NCBI GenBank assembly: GCA_034003585.1 | Contig: JAVEYH010000006.1 | Span: 10,177-74,176 of the forward strand | Length of the DNA stretch: 64,000 bases | Direction of reading: 5' to 3' | From: Kiritimatiellia bacterium | GTDB lineage: Bacteria; Verrucomicrobiota; Kiritimatiellia; RFP12; UBA1067 | Part shown: in pieces, positions 10,482 through 20,681 of the stretch | Layout: each line of letters starts with the position of its first letter | How positions within the stretch are numbered: the stretch's first letter is position 1 | Program-made: the position numbers and the translations under genes | The notes under the pieces: generated by a model | What the model was told of the DNA's origin: nothing | The model's database searches: none | What the model saw: the letters and a program-made list of their open reading frames with translations, nothing else

Positions 10482-13400
10482 CTATTTGCGGAACTCCTTC
10501 TGGAGCTGTTCTAGAAACGACTGCACCTTCTGCAGGTTTTCCTCGCCGACAGCCTGTTTGATCAGCCCGCCCAGCGCGTTGTGCAGCACGTTCAGGTCGG
10601 GCCGCGGTTCAGTCACCGTCCCGGTGATCGGGATGCTGAGGGTCGTGCCCTTCAGCATTCTTCCCGCCACACCGCCGGCCAGGCGCTCGGTGATGGGCAC
10701 CTGCAGCAGATAGCGGATCGACCCGTCGAAGGCGATCCAGCCGCTGAACACGATGGGCTGGTTGCCCACCACCATGCGGATAGGGTCCACCTGCGTCTTG
10801 CCGTCGCGGATGATCAGACGCACCGGCAGGCGCTCCGCGGCGTAGGTCCGCTCCTTGACTTGAAGGAGCGTCAGCACTTCGCGCAACGCGGGCCCGAGGG
10901 TCAGGTTCAGGCGCTCGAAACTCAATGCGAGGTCGGCGGAGAGGCCGGTCTTCAGATCCTTCCCCGGCTGGTATGCGAAGTGGCGCACATCCAGGGTCAC
11001 CGTGCCGTCCCGGATCTCGCTCCCGCGGAACATCGGGTTCAGATTCACGAGCAGGGTGTCCACCATTTTTTGGGTGATCTTCACCTTCTCCAGCAGACGG
11101 CTCTTTTCCGGAACGGTCAGCGTCACGCCGTTCGGGCCGCACACCCATTGCGGCGTGAAAAGCAGCCGCCCGCCGTTCAGTGCGGGCGCGTACCGCGCGT
11201 CGAGAGTCCCTTTGGCGAGGCGCAGGTTCACGTCCGAGGGCCCGGCGTCCAACCCCAGGCCTTTGGCGGAAGCGAGGAACGCGGCGCCGGAGAACTCCCC
11301 CTCGGCGAGGAGTGTCGCCAGGCCGCCCGCGGTTGGCGCGGAGATGCGGAACGGACGGGCCGCTTTGCCCGTCAGGGCGAACTCGTCGATTCCCCGGGCG
11401 TCCAGAAGGCGCGTCACTGCGGCGAAATCCACGGTCATGTCGCCTTGGGCCTGGAGCAGACGCCGCACCGCGAGATCGGTGAATGTGCCGCGCGCGCGGG
11501 CTTCGAGCAGGCTGGAACGGATGTCGAGGGCATCGATCCGCACGCTACGGCCGTCGGCCGCCAGCGTGAAATCGGCCGCGAGCCGCGCGGCCGGTTCGGC
11601 ATAGACCGTCTGGCCGTCGCGTTCGAATGCCGCGTTGCCGGTGGCCGTGGTTTCGCAGCGCAGGCCCGGCTGTTGCGCGTTTTGCGTCAGAGTGCCTTCC
11701 ATACGGAGATCCGGCACGCGCCAGACACCGGTTTCGGTTCGGGAGGCGCCGTGGCGCAATGCCGCGTTCATCCGCGCTTTGACCGCGCCGGAGGCGGCTT
11801 CGGCGGTGGCGTTCGCCACCAGCGCGCCCTGCCAGGGAGTCAGGCGGCGCAGGACCGGAGGCGGAAGGAGTCCGCCCAGCGTTTGACGCAGGGAGTGCAG
11901 GTCCGTGTCCGCAGCCAGCGTGAAACCGCGCAGCACGGCCGGTTGACCGCCCTGCGCGGGCCGCCAGCGTTTCCAGCTCCCCGCGAGTTTCGTCTTGTCC
12001 AGGGTCACGTCAAAGACCGTGTCCCGCAACTCCCGTTCGGGTTGGTCACCTTTCATGGGGACGCGGCCGTTGAGTTTGAGCGTGCCGAGCGGCACGGTCA
12101 GGCGCTGGCCGGGACGGACCTCCGCCGCCGTATCGGAAAGTTTCAGGAACCCGGTGATCGCCGCGTGGTCCTCCTCGCGCCGGGTGGCCAGGTCCAGATA
12201 AACGGAGCCGACCATGGGTGGCGCCTGGTGCAGGATGCGTTTGAAATCGCGTGAAAACCGGGTCAGGTTCACTTGGCCTTTCACCACGGCGGAGTCGAAT
12301 CGGCCGCTGCCGTAGAGTTCCGCGAACGGGGCTTTGAGGCGCAGGGTCTCCACCACCGGCCAGTGCCCGTAAGGGAAGGAGGCCTTCAGGTGCAGCGAAG
12401 GTTCGGGTTTCAGGAGCAGCGGTTGCCCGTCCACGGTCAGGTTCAGGTCCGCGGCGGCGAGCGCCGCGTCCAAGCCCAGCGCGGTCTCATCGCCCTGGAG
12501 CGCCACCGTGCCTTGGAGCACGCCCTGGCGCACGCGCAAGCCCTTGGCAAGATTGAGCGCAGGACCGAAATCCCGCGCCACAGCCGCGAGATCGATTTCG
12601 GTTTTGGCGCGGAGGGACCCGACGGGGGCGGTCTGGCCCTGCCCGACGGCACGCAGCGCGCCTGACGCTTCCGCCCGGATCCATGGCGCGGAGAGGTCAA
12701 AACGGGTGATGGTGAGGGAGGGCCGTTCATACGCGAGATCCGTCATCAGCGCCAGATCGCCCGGGGGCGAGGGGCGGTGTCCCGTGGCCGCGACCGTGAG
12801 CCGCGTGACCAGCACGCCGCCTTTCAGGGTCAGGTGGTCGAGGCTCGTCACGGTTGCCGTGAAGGCGCCTTCCGCCTTCCCGCCGCAGACCCATTCCTGG
12901 CCGGCCCACTCGCGCAGCAGCGGGCGCAGGGCGGCAAGGTCCACGCCGAGCAGTTTGACGGTCAGCGTTTCCGGTTCGGCGGGCTGCGCGCTGCGGGCTG
13001 CGGTCAGAGCCCTCAGACTCTGCACGCGTCCCTCGATGACGACCGTGCCGCCGCCGACCCGCATCTGCCCGTTGATCTCGATGGGCTTGCGGAAGGAGGC
13101 TAGGGCGATCCGGCCTTCGATCTGTTGCGCCTCGAAAGGCGTTTCGCTCCGGCCGTTCACCCGCAGCGATCCCTCCCGGATCACGGCCCGCGCCGCGATA
13201 TCCAGAATCGGCAGGAAGAACCCGCGACCGCGGGAGGGTTGCCGCGGCTCCGCCGCGGCCGCGCGGGGGCGCGGCGCGAGATCCAGGAGGACCTCCGGTT
13301 TCTCCAGCGTCAGATTCCCCGCATTCCACGCGCCCAGCGGCAGCAGCCGCCAGAGGCCGCGGTCGGAGGTGAGGCGTTCCGCGTTGACCGTTAGGCCGCG

Positions 13401-13676
13401 CGCGGGAACGGTCACGCTGACCTGTTCGAGAACCGGGGCGCGGAACCAGCCCCATGACCACTTTCCGACCGCGAGGCGGATGTCGCCCGCGGCGTTCAGG
13501 CGCTCGAGTGCGAAACGCCGCCCCGCATCGGTGGAGAGCAGCGCGGGCAGCAGTGCCGCAAACAGAAAAGCGGGAGTGAGAAAAAACAGGATCACGCGGA
13601 AGAGGATCGCCACGCATCCCGGCCGCCGCCCCAAGGTTTCTTCCGTCTCGTCGTCTCGGATCTCCGTGAAATCCAT
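10482..13676 (-). CDS. AsmA-like large intermembrane (lipid transport) protein
   Basis: N-terminal membrane anchor, long beta-rich body, C-terminal IVFSGWIAFDGSIRYLLQVP...IPITGTVTEP typical of AsmA-like C-termini. Confidence 0.7.
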   Translation of the reverse strand: MDFTEIRDDETEETLGRRPGCVAILFRVILFFLTPAFLFAALLPALLSTDAGRRFALERLNAAGDIRLAVGKWSWGWFRAPVLEQVSVTVPARGLTVNAERLTSDRGLWRLLPLGAWNAGNLTLEKPEVLLDLAPRPRAAAAEPRQPSRGRGFFLPILDIAARAVIREGSLRVNGRSETPFEAQQIEGRIALASFRKPIEINGQMRVGGGTVVIEGRVQSLRALTAARSAQPAEPETLTVKLLGVDLAALRPLLREWAGQEWVCGGKAEGAFTATVTSLDHLTLKGGVLVTRLTVAATGHRPSPPGDLALMTDLAYERPSLTITRFDLSAPWIRAEASGALRAVGQGQTAPVGSLRAKTEIDLAAVARDFGPALNLAKGLRVRQGVLQGTVALQGDETALGLDAALAAADLNLTVDGQPLLLKPEPSLHLKASFPYGHWPVVETLRLKAPFAELYGSGRFDSAVVKGQVNLTRFSRDFKRILHQAPPMVGSVYLDLATRREEDHAAITGFLKLSDTAAEVRPGQRLTVPLGTLKLNGRVPMKGDQPERELRDTVFDVTLDKTKLAGSWKRWRPAQGGQPAVLRGFTLAADTDLHSLRQTLGGLLPPPVLRRLTPWQGALVANATAEAASGAVKARMNAALRHGASRTETGVWRVPDLRMEGTLTQNAQQPGLRCETTATGNAAFERDGQTVYAEPAARLAADFTLAADGRSVRIDALDIRSSLLEARARGTFTDLAVRRLLQAQGDMTVDFAAVTRLLDARGIDEFALTGKAARPFRISAPTAGGLATLLAEGEFSGAAFLASAKGLGLDAGPSDVNLRLAKGTLDARYAPALNGGRLLFTPQWVCGPNGVTLTVPEKSRLLEKVKITQKMVDTLLVNLNPMFRGSEIRDGTVTLDVRHFAYQPGKDLKTGLSADLALSFERLNLTLGPALREVLTLLQVKERTYAAERLPVRLIIRDGKTQVDPIRMVVGNQPIVFSGWIAFDGSIRYLLQVPITERLAGGVAGRMLKGTTLSIPITGTVTEPRPDLNVLHNALGGLIKQAVGEENLQKVQSFLEQLQKEFRK

Positions 13677-13756
13677 CTCGTTGCCTTTCCGGTCCGCGCG
13701 GGTCGCTCACAAGATGGGGAAAAGTATAGCATGTTCTCGCGGTCGCGTCGATGCCG

Positions 13757-14668
13757 TCACCAGAGTTCGCCGGGACGTTGGCAGAAGGGACGGACCTCGG
13801 CGATGTCGGACGCGTCGCAGGCCAGCATGACCAGGCGGTCGATGCCGAGCGCGATCCCCCCGCAGGGAGGCATTCCCGAACGCAGGGCGGCGAGAAACGG
13901 CTCGTCGAGCGGATAGACCGCTTTGCCGAGGTGACGGCGGGCTTCGGCCGCGGCGAGAAACCGCGCGCGCTGGGTTTCGGCATCGCAGAGTTCGCTGTAC
14001 GCGTTGGCGAGTTCGAGGCCGCCGAGGTAGAGTTCCCAGCGTTCGGCCACCTGCGGGTCATCCGGTTTGAGACGGGCGAGCGAGGCGGCCGGAGCGGGAT
14101 AGTCGGTCAGCACGAAGGGCCGGTCGCGCGGCAGGGCGGGTTCGACGGCCCGCACCATATCGAGGTCGAACCGTTCCGGATCCCAGTCGCGCACCGGGTC
14201 CCAGCCCGCAAAACGCCGGTAGGCCTCCCGGACGCTCAGGCGTGTCCACGGGGTGCCGAGATCGATTCGCGCCCCCTGGTAAACCAGGGTTGTCCGGCCG
14301 AACACGGATTGGAACACCTGCGTCAGCAGCGCTTCGGTATCCCGCAGGATCGCGGTGTAATCCGCTTGTGTGCGATACCACTCCAACAGGGTGAACTCCG
14401 GGTTATGGCGCCGGCCGCATTCGCCTTCGCGGAAGCAGGGGCCGATCTGATAGAGCCGCGGCGAGCCGGCCGCGAGCAGGCGTTTCAGATGCAGTTCGGG
14501 GGAGGCCCGCAGCCAGGCGCGCCCCGCGGGGGGCGCGTCGATGTGCGTTTCGAGCGCGGGCGCCGGGATGCGCACCGGCGTCTCCGCCTCCACAAAATCC
14601 TGGGCGTGGAAAAAGGCGCGCACGGCATGCAGGATGCGGCTGCGCAGGGCGAGGCGTTCGGGATTCAT
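13757..14668 (-). CDS. epmA: EF-P lysine aminoacylase (EpmA/GenX/PoxA)
   Basis: LysRS catalytic core without an anticodon domain: ASPELHLKRLL, FREGE...HNPEFTLLEWY, ELANAYSEL, GGIALGIDRL. Confidence 0.88.
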   Translation of the reverse strand: MNPERLALRSRILHAVRAFFHAQDFVEAETPVRIPAPALETHIDAPPAGRAWLRASPELHLKRLLAAGSPRLYQIGPCFREGECGRRHNPEFTLLEWYRTQADYTAILRDTEALLTQVFQSVFGRTTLVYQGARIDLGTPWTRLSVREAYRRFAGWDPVRDWDPERFDLDMVRAVEPALPRDRPFVLTDYPAPAASLARLKPDDPQVAERWELYLGGLELANAYSELCDAETQRARFLAAAEARRHLGKAVYPLDEPFLAALRSGMPPCGGIALGIDRLVMLACDASDIAEVRPFCQRPGELW

Positions 14669-14678
14669 GATCAGCCGT

Positions 14679-14930
14679 TCAATAGATCTTCTCGTATTCG
14701 CCTTTGCCGAGGCGCTTCAGTTTGGTGAAGCCCGCGGACTTGGCGCGGTCATCGAGTTTGGATTTGGAGCGGCCGATGGCCGGGGCGGTGATCACGCGGC
14801 GGACGGCCGCGCCGCAGGCGGGGCAGACCGTCAGGCGCGCGTCGCGGATCGATTGCGTGACGTCGAAACCGCCGGCGCAGCGGGGGCAGCCCGCATCAGG
14901 GTTTACGGCCTCGTAGACATAGACAGGCAT
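14679..14930 (-). CDS. FmdB family zinc-ribbon protein
   Basis: MPVYVYE...CPRC...Q...LTVCPACGAAVRRVIT pattern. Confidence 0.85.
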   Translation of the reverse strand: MPVYVYEAVNPDAGCPRCAGGFDVTQSIRDARLTVCPACGAAVRRVITAPAIGRSKSKLDDRAKSAGFTKLKRLGKGEYEKIY

Positions 14931-15032
14931 ACGGCTTCTCCGGGTTGGTTCCGATGCGTCACACCATAGCATAACCCGGCGGGAAAAACAGGCGTTTTGA
15001 GAACGCCTTTCTGTATGCGGGTGCCCCCGCGC

Positions 15033-15061
15033 TTGAATCGGAGGGGGGGCGCTGTTATGCT
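15033..15061 (+). promoter_or_regulatory. sigma70-type promoter for the parvulin PPIase gene
   Basis: TTGAAT-17 bp-TATGCT with a TG extended -10. Confidence 0.6.
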
Positions 15062-15126
15062 ACGCAACGGCAAGTCAAACCAACGGGTTCGAAACCGAAA
15101 TGTGCCGGTGAGGCGGAAAGAGCGGG

Positions 15127-16008
15127 ATGAAAACAGTCAAGGTCAATGGACAGCGGATTCCGGAAGAGGCGATTCAGTTCGAGTTGGAGCGGCTGGTCCG
15201 TTTTCACGCCGAACACGGGATGGCGGAGGATCAGGTGCGCGCGCAACTTCCGGCCCTGGTCGACAAGGCGATCGATCAGGCCATCGGCGCGAAGCTGCTG
15301 CTCGATGAGGCCGGCCGTCTCGACGTGCCGGTGAGCGAGGAGGAGGTCGAGGCGCAGATCGCCCGGATCGTCAAGCAGGTTGGCGGCGAGGACGCGTACC
15401 GCAAGGCGCTGGCCGGGCAGAACACCACGGAACAGGCGTTCCGCGACCAGCTCCGCCGCGGGCGCCGTGTCGAGAAGCTGGTGGAGCAGGCCGTGTCGGA
15501 GGTCCCGGAGCCGACCGAAGAGGAGATCCGGCGGCATTTCGAGGAGCACAAGGCGGAATACGCCAAAGGCGAGCGGGTCCTGGCCCAGCACATTCTGATC
15601 TCCCCGGACGGCGACACGCAGACCTCCAGGGACGAGGCCCGCGCCAAGATCGAAAGCATCCGCGGGCGCGTGCTGGCGGGCAAGGCGTTTGCGGATGAGG
15701 CCGCGGCCCACTCCATGTGCCCGAGCGGCAAGGAGGGCGGCAGCCTCGGCTGGTTCAGCCGCGGCATGATGGTGCCGGAGTTCGATTCGGCCGTCTTCTC
15801 GATGAACGTGGGCGAGGTCAGCAACATCATCGAGACGCAGTTCGGCTACCACATCATCTTCAAGACCGACCACGAGGCCGCGGGCGAGGCGGATTTCGAC
15901 CAGGTGCGCGAAAAGATCCGCGATTTCCTCCGGCACGTCCGGCGCGGCCAGGCCATGTCCGCCTACGTGAGCGAATTGCGGGCCCAAGCCCAGATCGAGA
16001 TGGAGTAG
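15127..16008 (+). CDS. Parvulin-type peptidyl-prolyl isomerase (SurA/PrsA-like)
   Basis: SurA-N-like helical region, then AQHILI, FADEAAAHSMCPSGKEGGSLGWFSRGMMVPEFDSAVF, ETQFGYHII. Confidence 0.9.
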   Translation: MKTVKVNGQRIPEEAIQFELERLVRFHAEHGMAEDQVRAQLPALVDKAIDQAIGAKLLLDEAGRLDVPVSEEEVEAQIARIVKQVGGEDAYRKALAGQNTTEQAFRDQLRRGRRVEKLVEQAVSEVPEPTEEEIRRHFEEHKAEYAKGERVLAQHILISPDGDTQTSRDEARAKIESIRGRVLAGKAFADEAAAHSMCPSGKEGGSLGWFSRGMMVPEFDSAVFSMNVGEVSNIIETQFGYHIIFKTDHEAAGEADFDQVREKIRDFLRHVRRGQAMSAYVSELRAQAQIEME

Positions 16009-16171
16009 TGCCCGAGGACGCGGCAACGCCGAGAAAAGCCTGTCGTTTCTCACCGTGGCCCCGGACGCGCCATGCCAACGAAGGGCGTGAAATCCGCTTC
16101 CGGCACCATGAGGTGATGGCTGGCCTTGATCGGTGTGTCGCGACCGCGGTGGCCGAAGTTGGGCGGCGCGG

Positions 16172-16200
16172 TTCACAGTCCGGGCGGTTTTTGGTATGAT
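16172..16200 (+). promoter_or_regulatory. sigma70-type promoter for hemL-panC-larE
   Basis: TTCACA-17 bp-TATGAT with a TG extended -10. Confidence 0.55.
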
Positions 16201-16278
16201 GCGGGCACATCGGGTGGCTCTGTGGGATACCGCGCTTGTGCCGGTTGCAGATCGTTCCGTCACCGGGGGAATGTGCCT

Positions 16279-17544
16279 ATGCTGAATCATGACGCTTTGT
16301 TTTCGCGCGCCTGCCGGGTGATTCCGGGCGGGGTCAACAGCCCGGTCCGGGCCTTTACCGGCGTGGGCGGGGTGCCGCTCTATGTGGAGTCGGGCAAGGG
16401 CGACACGCTACGGACGGCCGATGGCCGGACGCTGACGGATTTTTGCTGTTCGTGGGGCGCGATGATCCTGGGACACGCGCAGGACGAGGTGGTGGAGGCG
16501 ATCGCCCGGCAGGCCGCGCGGGGCACGACGTTCGGGATCAACACCCCGGCGGAGGTGACATTCGCCGAGCGTCTCGCGGCCCTGGTGCCGGGACTGGAGC
16601 GGGTGCGCCTCGTGAATTCCGGCACTGAGGCGGTCATGACCGCGCTGCGCGTCGCGCGCGGGGTGACGGGACGCAAACGGATCATCAAGTTCGACGGCTG
16701 CTATCACGGGCACAGTGACAGCGTGCTGGTCGGCGCGGGCAGCGGGCTGCTCACCGGCGGGACGCTCCACTCGCTCGGCATCTCGCGGCATGTGGCCAGC
16801 GACACCTATGTGGCCCCATTCAATGATATCGAGGCGGTCAATGCGATCATCCGCGAGAAGGGGGCGGAGATCGCGGCCATCATCGTGGAGCCGATGCCCG
16901 GCAACATGGGGCTCGTGCCGCCGGAGCCGGAGTTCCTCGCCAAACTGCGGCGTGCGGCGGATCGTTGCGGCGCGCTGCTGATCTTTGATGAGGTCATCAG
17001 CGGGTTCCGGTGCGGGCTCTCCACTTACGCGCAGCGCATCCGGGTGAAGCCCGATCTCGTCACGCTGGGCAAGGTGATCGGCGGCGGCCTGCCGCTGGCG
17101 GCGGTGGGCGGGGCCGCGGTTTTCATGGATGAGCTGGCGCCGTGCGGAAAGATCTATCAGGCGGGGACGCTCTCCGGGAACCCGCTGGCGCTGGCCGCGG
17201 GACTCAAAACGCTGGAGGTGCTCGAACGGGACGATCCCTACCCGCGGATGGCTCAGATCGGGCGCCGCATGGCGGAGCGGATCAACACGGCGGCGGCCGC
17301 CAAAGGGTTGCCGTTGCGGTGCGCGCAGTTCCAGGGCGTGTTCACGCTCTTCTGCACCACCGCGCCGGTGCGGAATCTGGAGGACGCGAAGCGGAGCGAC
17401 ACGCAGATGTACGCGCGGCTGTTCCACAAACTGCTGCAGCGGGGCTATTACCTGCCGCCCTCGCAATTCGAGGTCGGGTTCATCTCGGCCGCGCACAGCG
17501 AGGAGACGGTCATGGCGTTCGCGCAGGCGGTGACCGACGAGTGA
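16279..17544 (+). CDS. hemL: Glutamate-1-semialdehyde 2,1-aminomutase
   Basis: IPGGVNSPVRAF, VNSGTEA, FDGCYHGH, FDEVISGFR, LGKVIGGGLP, YQAGTLSGNP, PPSQFE. Confidence 0.95.
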   Translation: MLNHDALFSRACRVIPGGVNSPVRAFTGVGGVPLYVESGKGDTLRTADGRTLTDFCCSWGAMILGHAQDEVVEAIARQAARGTTFGINTPAEVTFAERLAALVPGLERVRLVNSGTEAVMTALRVARGVTGRKRIIKFDGCYHGHSDSVLVGAGSGLLTGGTLHSLGISRHVASDTYVAPFNDIEAVNAIIREKGAEIAAIIVEPMPGNMGLVPPEPEFLAKLRRAADRCGALLIFDEVISGFRCGLSTYAQRIRVKPDLVTLGKVIGGGLPLAAVGGAAVFMDELAPCGKIYQAGTLSGNPLALAAGLKTLEVLERDDPYPRMAQIGRRMAERINTAAAAKGLPLRCAQFQGVFTLFCTTAPVRNLEDAKRSDTQMYARLFHKLLQRGYYLPPSQFEVGFISAAHSEETVMAFAQAVTDE

Positions 17545-17586
17545 GGGTTGTCCGCGCGCCGGTTGCGCGGCACGGAGGAACGGTTG

Positions 17587-18423
17587 ATGCAGGGGTTCAC
17601 ACAGCCGGAAGCGATGCGGCAATGGTCGGAGGAACAGCGCCGCGCAGGCAGGCGGATCGGGTTTGTGCCGACCATGGGGGCGCTGCACGCGGGGCATCTG
17701 TCGCTCATCGCGGAGGCGCGGCGGCGGACGGATGTCGTGGTGGTGAGTCTTTTCGTGAATCCGGTCCAGTTCGGGCCGAACGAGGATTTCGAAAAATATC
17801 CGCGCGACGAGGCGCGCGATCTCGCGTGCTGCCGGGGGGCGGGGGCCGACGCGGTGTTTCTGCCGCCGGTCGCGGTGATGTACGCGCCGGACGCCAGCGT
17901 GTTCGTGGAGGAGGAGCGCCTCTCCCGCGGGTTGTGCGGCGCCCGGCGCCCGGGACACTTCCGGGGGGTATGCACCGTGGTGGCGAAGCTGTTCCACATC
18001 GTGTTGCCGCATGTGGCGGTGTTCGGTCAGAAGGACTATCAGCAGGCCGCGGTGATCCGGCGCATGGTGCGCGATCTGGATTTTCCGGTCGAGGTGGCGG
18101 TCGCGCCGATCGTCCGCGAACCGGACGGCCTGGCGATGAGCTCGCGGAATGTGTATTTGACGGGAGAGGAACGGCAGCGCGCGCTGGGGTTGAGCCGCGC
18201 GCTGCACGCGGCGGCCGTCGCGGTGGCCGCGGGGCCCTGCGGCGCCGACGCGGTGCGGCGGCGCATGACGGAAGTGCTGAGGGAGCACGCGCTGGAGATC
18301 GATTACGTGGAGATCGCGGACCCCGAGACGCTGGAGCCGGTGGGGGAGGCGCGGCAGGGGATGGTGGCGCTGGTCGCGGTCTTTTGCGGGAAAACGCGGC
18401 TGATCGACAACCGGGTGCTGTGA
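17587..18423 (+). CDS. panC: Pantoate--beta-alanine ligase
   Basis: FVPTMGALHAGH, FVNPVQFGPNEDFEKYPR, RPGHFRGV, FGQKDYQQ, DGLAMSSRN, TRLIDN. Confidence 0.96.
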   Translation: MQGFTQPEAMRQWSEEQRRAGRRIGFVPTMGALHAGHLSLIAEARRRTDVVVVSLFVNPVQFGPNEDFEKYPRDEARDLACCRGAGADAVFLPPVAVMYAPDASVFVEEERLSRGLCGARRPGHFRGVCTVVAKLFHIVLPHVAVFGQKDYQQAAVIRRMVRDLDFPVEVAVAPIVREPDGLAMSSRNVYLTGEERQRALGLSRALHAAAVAVAAGPCGADAVRRRMTEVLREHALEIDYVEIADPETLEPVGEARQGMVALVAVFCGKTRLIDNRVL

Positions 18424-18457
18424 GCAGCGGCGCGGGAAACCGGCAACAGGAGACGAC

Positions 18458-19318
18458 ATGGCGGAGACCGTTCTGACGGACAAGGAACAACGGCTGCATG
18501 CGTTGCTGAGAGGGTACGGCCGGGTGGCGGTCGGGTTTTCGGGCGGGGTGGACAGTACGCTGCTGCTGCGCGTCGCGCGGGATGTGCTGGGGCCGGAAGC
18601 GGTGCTGGCGGTGATTGCCGATACGCCGAGTTTGCCGCGCAACGAGTTCGCCGCGGCGCGCGCGCTGGCCGACGCGATGGGGGTGGCGTTCGTGGTGATT
18701 GATCCTGCCGAACTGGACGACCCCCGGTATGCGGAAAACTCCGCGGACCGCTGTTATTACTGCAAGAAGCATCTTTTCGCGCGGATTGCCGCACTCGCGT
18801 CGGAACAGGGATACACCGCGGTCCTCGACGGGAACAATGCGGATGACGCGGGCGATTACCGGCCCGGCCGGCGCGCCGCGGCGGAACTGGGCGTGAAGAG
18901 CCCGCTGGCGGAGGCGGGGCTGACGAAAGAGGAGGTCCGCGCGCTGTCGCGTCGGCTGGATCTGCCCACGGCGGAGAAACCGGCCATGGCCTGTCTCGCG
19001 TCGCGCATCCCCTACGGGTCGCCCGTGACGGCCGAGGCGCTGGGGCGGGTGGAGCGCGCCGAAGAGGCGCTGAAGGCCGCGGGCTTCGAGGTCTGCCGTG
19101 TGCGCCATCACGGCGAGGTCGCGCGGATCGAGGTCGCGGCCTCCGCGCTGCCCCGGCTGCTGGAGGAGCCGCTTCGCGAAGCCGTGGTGGCGGGCGTGAA
19201 AGCGGCGGGATTCCGGTATGTGACCCTCGATCTGCAGGGATACCGCATGGGAAGCCTCAACGCGTCGCTTCCCGGAGCGTCTCGACGCGGCGGCGCGCCG
19301 GATGCCGCCGTCCGGTGA
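18458..19318 (+). CDS. larE: ATP-dependent sacrificial sulfur transferase (nickel-pincer cofactor biosynthesis)
   Basis: PP-loop GFSGGVDS, RCYYCK, DGNNADD..DYRPG, PAMACLASRIPYG, VRHHG, VTLDLQGYRMGSLN. Confidence 0.88.
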   Translation: MAETVLTDKEQRLHALLRGYGRVAVGFSGGVDSTLLLRVARDVLGPEAVLAVIADTPSLPRNEFAAARALADAMGVAFVVIDPAELDDPRYAENSADRCYYCKKHLFARIAALASEQGYTAVLDGNNADDAGDYRPGRRAAAELGVKSPLAEAGLTKEEVRALSRRLDLPTAEKPAMACLASRIPYGSPVTAEALGRVERAEEALKAAGFEVCRVRHHGEVARIEVAASALPRLLEEPLREAVVAGVKAAGFRYVTLDLQGYRMGSLNASLPGASRRGGAPDAAVR

Positions 19319-19322
19319 GGCG

Positions 19323-20681
19323 CTATGCGCTCGGCAGGCGCCGGACCGCGCGCAGGATCAGGAACGACAGCACGGCCATCACGGCCAGCGAGACAAGCAG
19401 CAGGCCATGCCGCACGAGGAAGCGTCGCGCGCGCGCGGCGGCGCCGATATGCGGCCCGCCGTCGGGCGCGGCGGCGGCTGGCCAGACTTCCGCCCGGCGT
19501 CCGCCGCGCAGATAGCTCACGACGCTCTGCTCGTAGACCGGCGCCGCCACCGCTTCGGGCGCGCCGTAGACCAGCGCGTACCGTGCGCCCGGCTCGGCGA
19601 TGAAGAGCGCGCGGTACGCCTGGCGTTGCGCGCTCACGCTGCCCGGCGCGAAGGTCAGCGGCGGATTGTCGTGGTTCTCGACCACCACCCGCAGCCGCGC
19701 CGCGCGCGTCTCGGGCAGCGCGATCTTGCACCGCTCGACCGGCGCGGTGTCCGGCAGGCGCACGCGCGTCAGCCGCGCGGCGGCCAGTTCGCGCCAGCCG
19801 CCCGGCACTTCGCACGCCACCGTGACGCGGCGGTCGAAGTTCTGCTGGTCGGGCTGCAGCGCAAGGCCCGTCACCGGCCATTGCGCGGCCTCGAGGGTCA
19901 GCACCGTCCGCTTGCGCTCGCGTTGCTCCTCGACCGTGAACGCCGGCACCGCCAGCCGCTCGGTGCGGAGGGTGTCGGCCACCGCCACCCGCCGGGTGTC
20001 GCGGAAGAGCACGGCGTCGATGCGGAACGGCCGCTGCTCCACGTCGTAGCGCTTGAATGAACGCTGACGGGTTTCCGCGGCGTCGCGCTCTTCAATCATC
20101 GATGCGTAGGCCGAGAATACCGTGTCGTCGGCGCGGGCGATCACCAGTTTGAAGAGCCGGTTGGTAAGATTCGGCAGCGTTACGCTCTCCTTCTTCACGT
20201 CGGCGTAGCGGCTGTAATCGAACAGCGGTTCCGCCGCGCGCAACGGCACCCACGCGCCGTCCGCTCCCTGGACCGTGACCGTCACGCTCTGCTCGTAATC
20301 GCGCAGCGGCGTGCGCACCGTCAGGCGCGTGAGCGTGAGCGCGTTGGTGCCCTCCAACTCGCACACCACGGCGAGCCCGCCGTCGGGGAGCGGCTCGGCG
20401 CTTTGGAGGAGCGCCGGGCGTTCGACATGGCGCTCCTCAAAGCGGTAGGCGCGCTCCGGCTCGACAGCGCGCGGAACCTCGCGCCCGACGGTGTCGGTCA
20501 CGCGCAGGTCGGCCCACTGCGGCTGCGTGTGGGCGAACACATGGTCGTCCAGCGGCACGGCGACCACCGTGGTGGACATGGCTTCGCCCTGGATCGCGCG
20601 CGTCACCCGCGCACCACTGCCGGCCAGACTCAGCGCGGCGGCACCCCACCATCCGCACGCACACAACAGACTACGCATCAT
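19323..20681 (-). CDS. Exported, C-terminally anchored protein (DUF3999-like)
   Basis: Signal-like start overlapping the upstream stop (ATGA); DLRVTDTVGREVP and ENHDNPPL segments; C-terminal transmembrane helix. Confidence 0.6.
   Translation of the reverse strand: MMRSLLCACGWWGAAALSLAGSGARVTRAIQGEAMSTTVVAVPLDDHVFAHTQPQWADLRVTDTVGREVPRAVEPERAYRFEERHVERPALLQSAEPLPDGGLAVVCELEGTNALTLTRLTVRTPLRDYEQSVTVTVQGADGAWVPLRAAEPLFDYSRYADVKKESVTLPNLTNRLFKLVIARADDTVFSAYASMIEERDAAETRQRSFKRYDVEQRPFRIDAVLFRDTRRVAVADTLRTERLAVPAFTVEEQRERKRTVLTLEAAQWPVTGLALQPDQQNFDRRVTVACEVPGGWRELAAARLTRVRLPDTAPVERCKIALPETRAARLRVVVENHDNPPLTFAPGSVSAQRQAYRALFIAEPGARYALVYGAPEAVAAPVYEQSVVSYLRGGRRAEVWPAAAAPDGGPHIGAAARARRFLVRHGLLLVSLAVMAVLSFLILRAVRRLPSA

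Noticed and set aside
13757-14668. Possible truncated lysyl-tRNA synthetase pseudogene
   Set aside because: Length, lack of an anticodon domain and the motifs fit intact EpmA.
16010-16278. Possible sRNA or small ORF between the PPIase gene and hemL
   Set aside because: No convincing structure, SD-ORF or terminator; partly explained by the hemL promoter.
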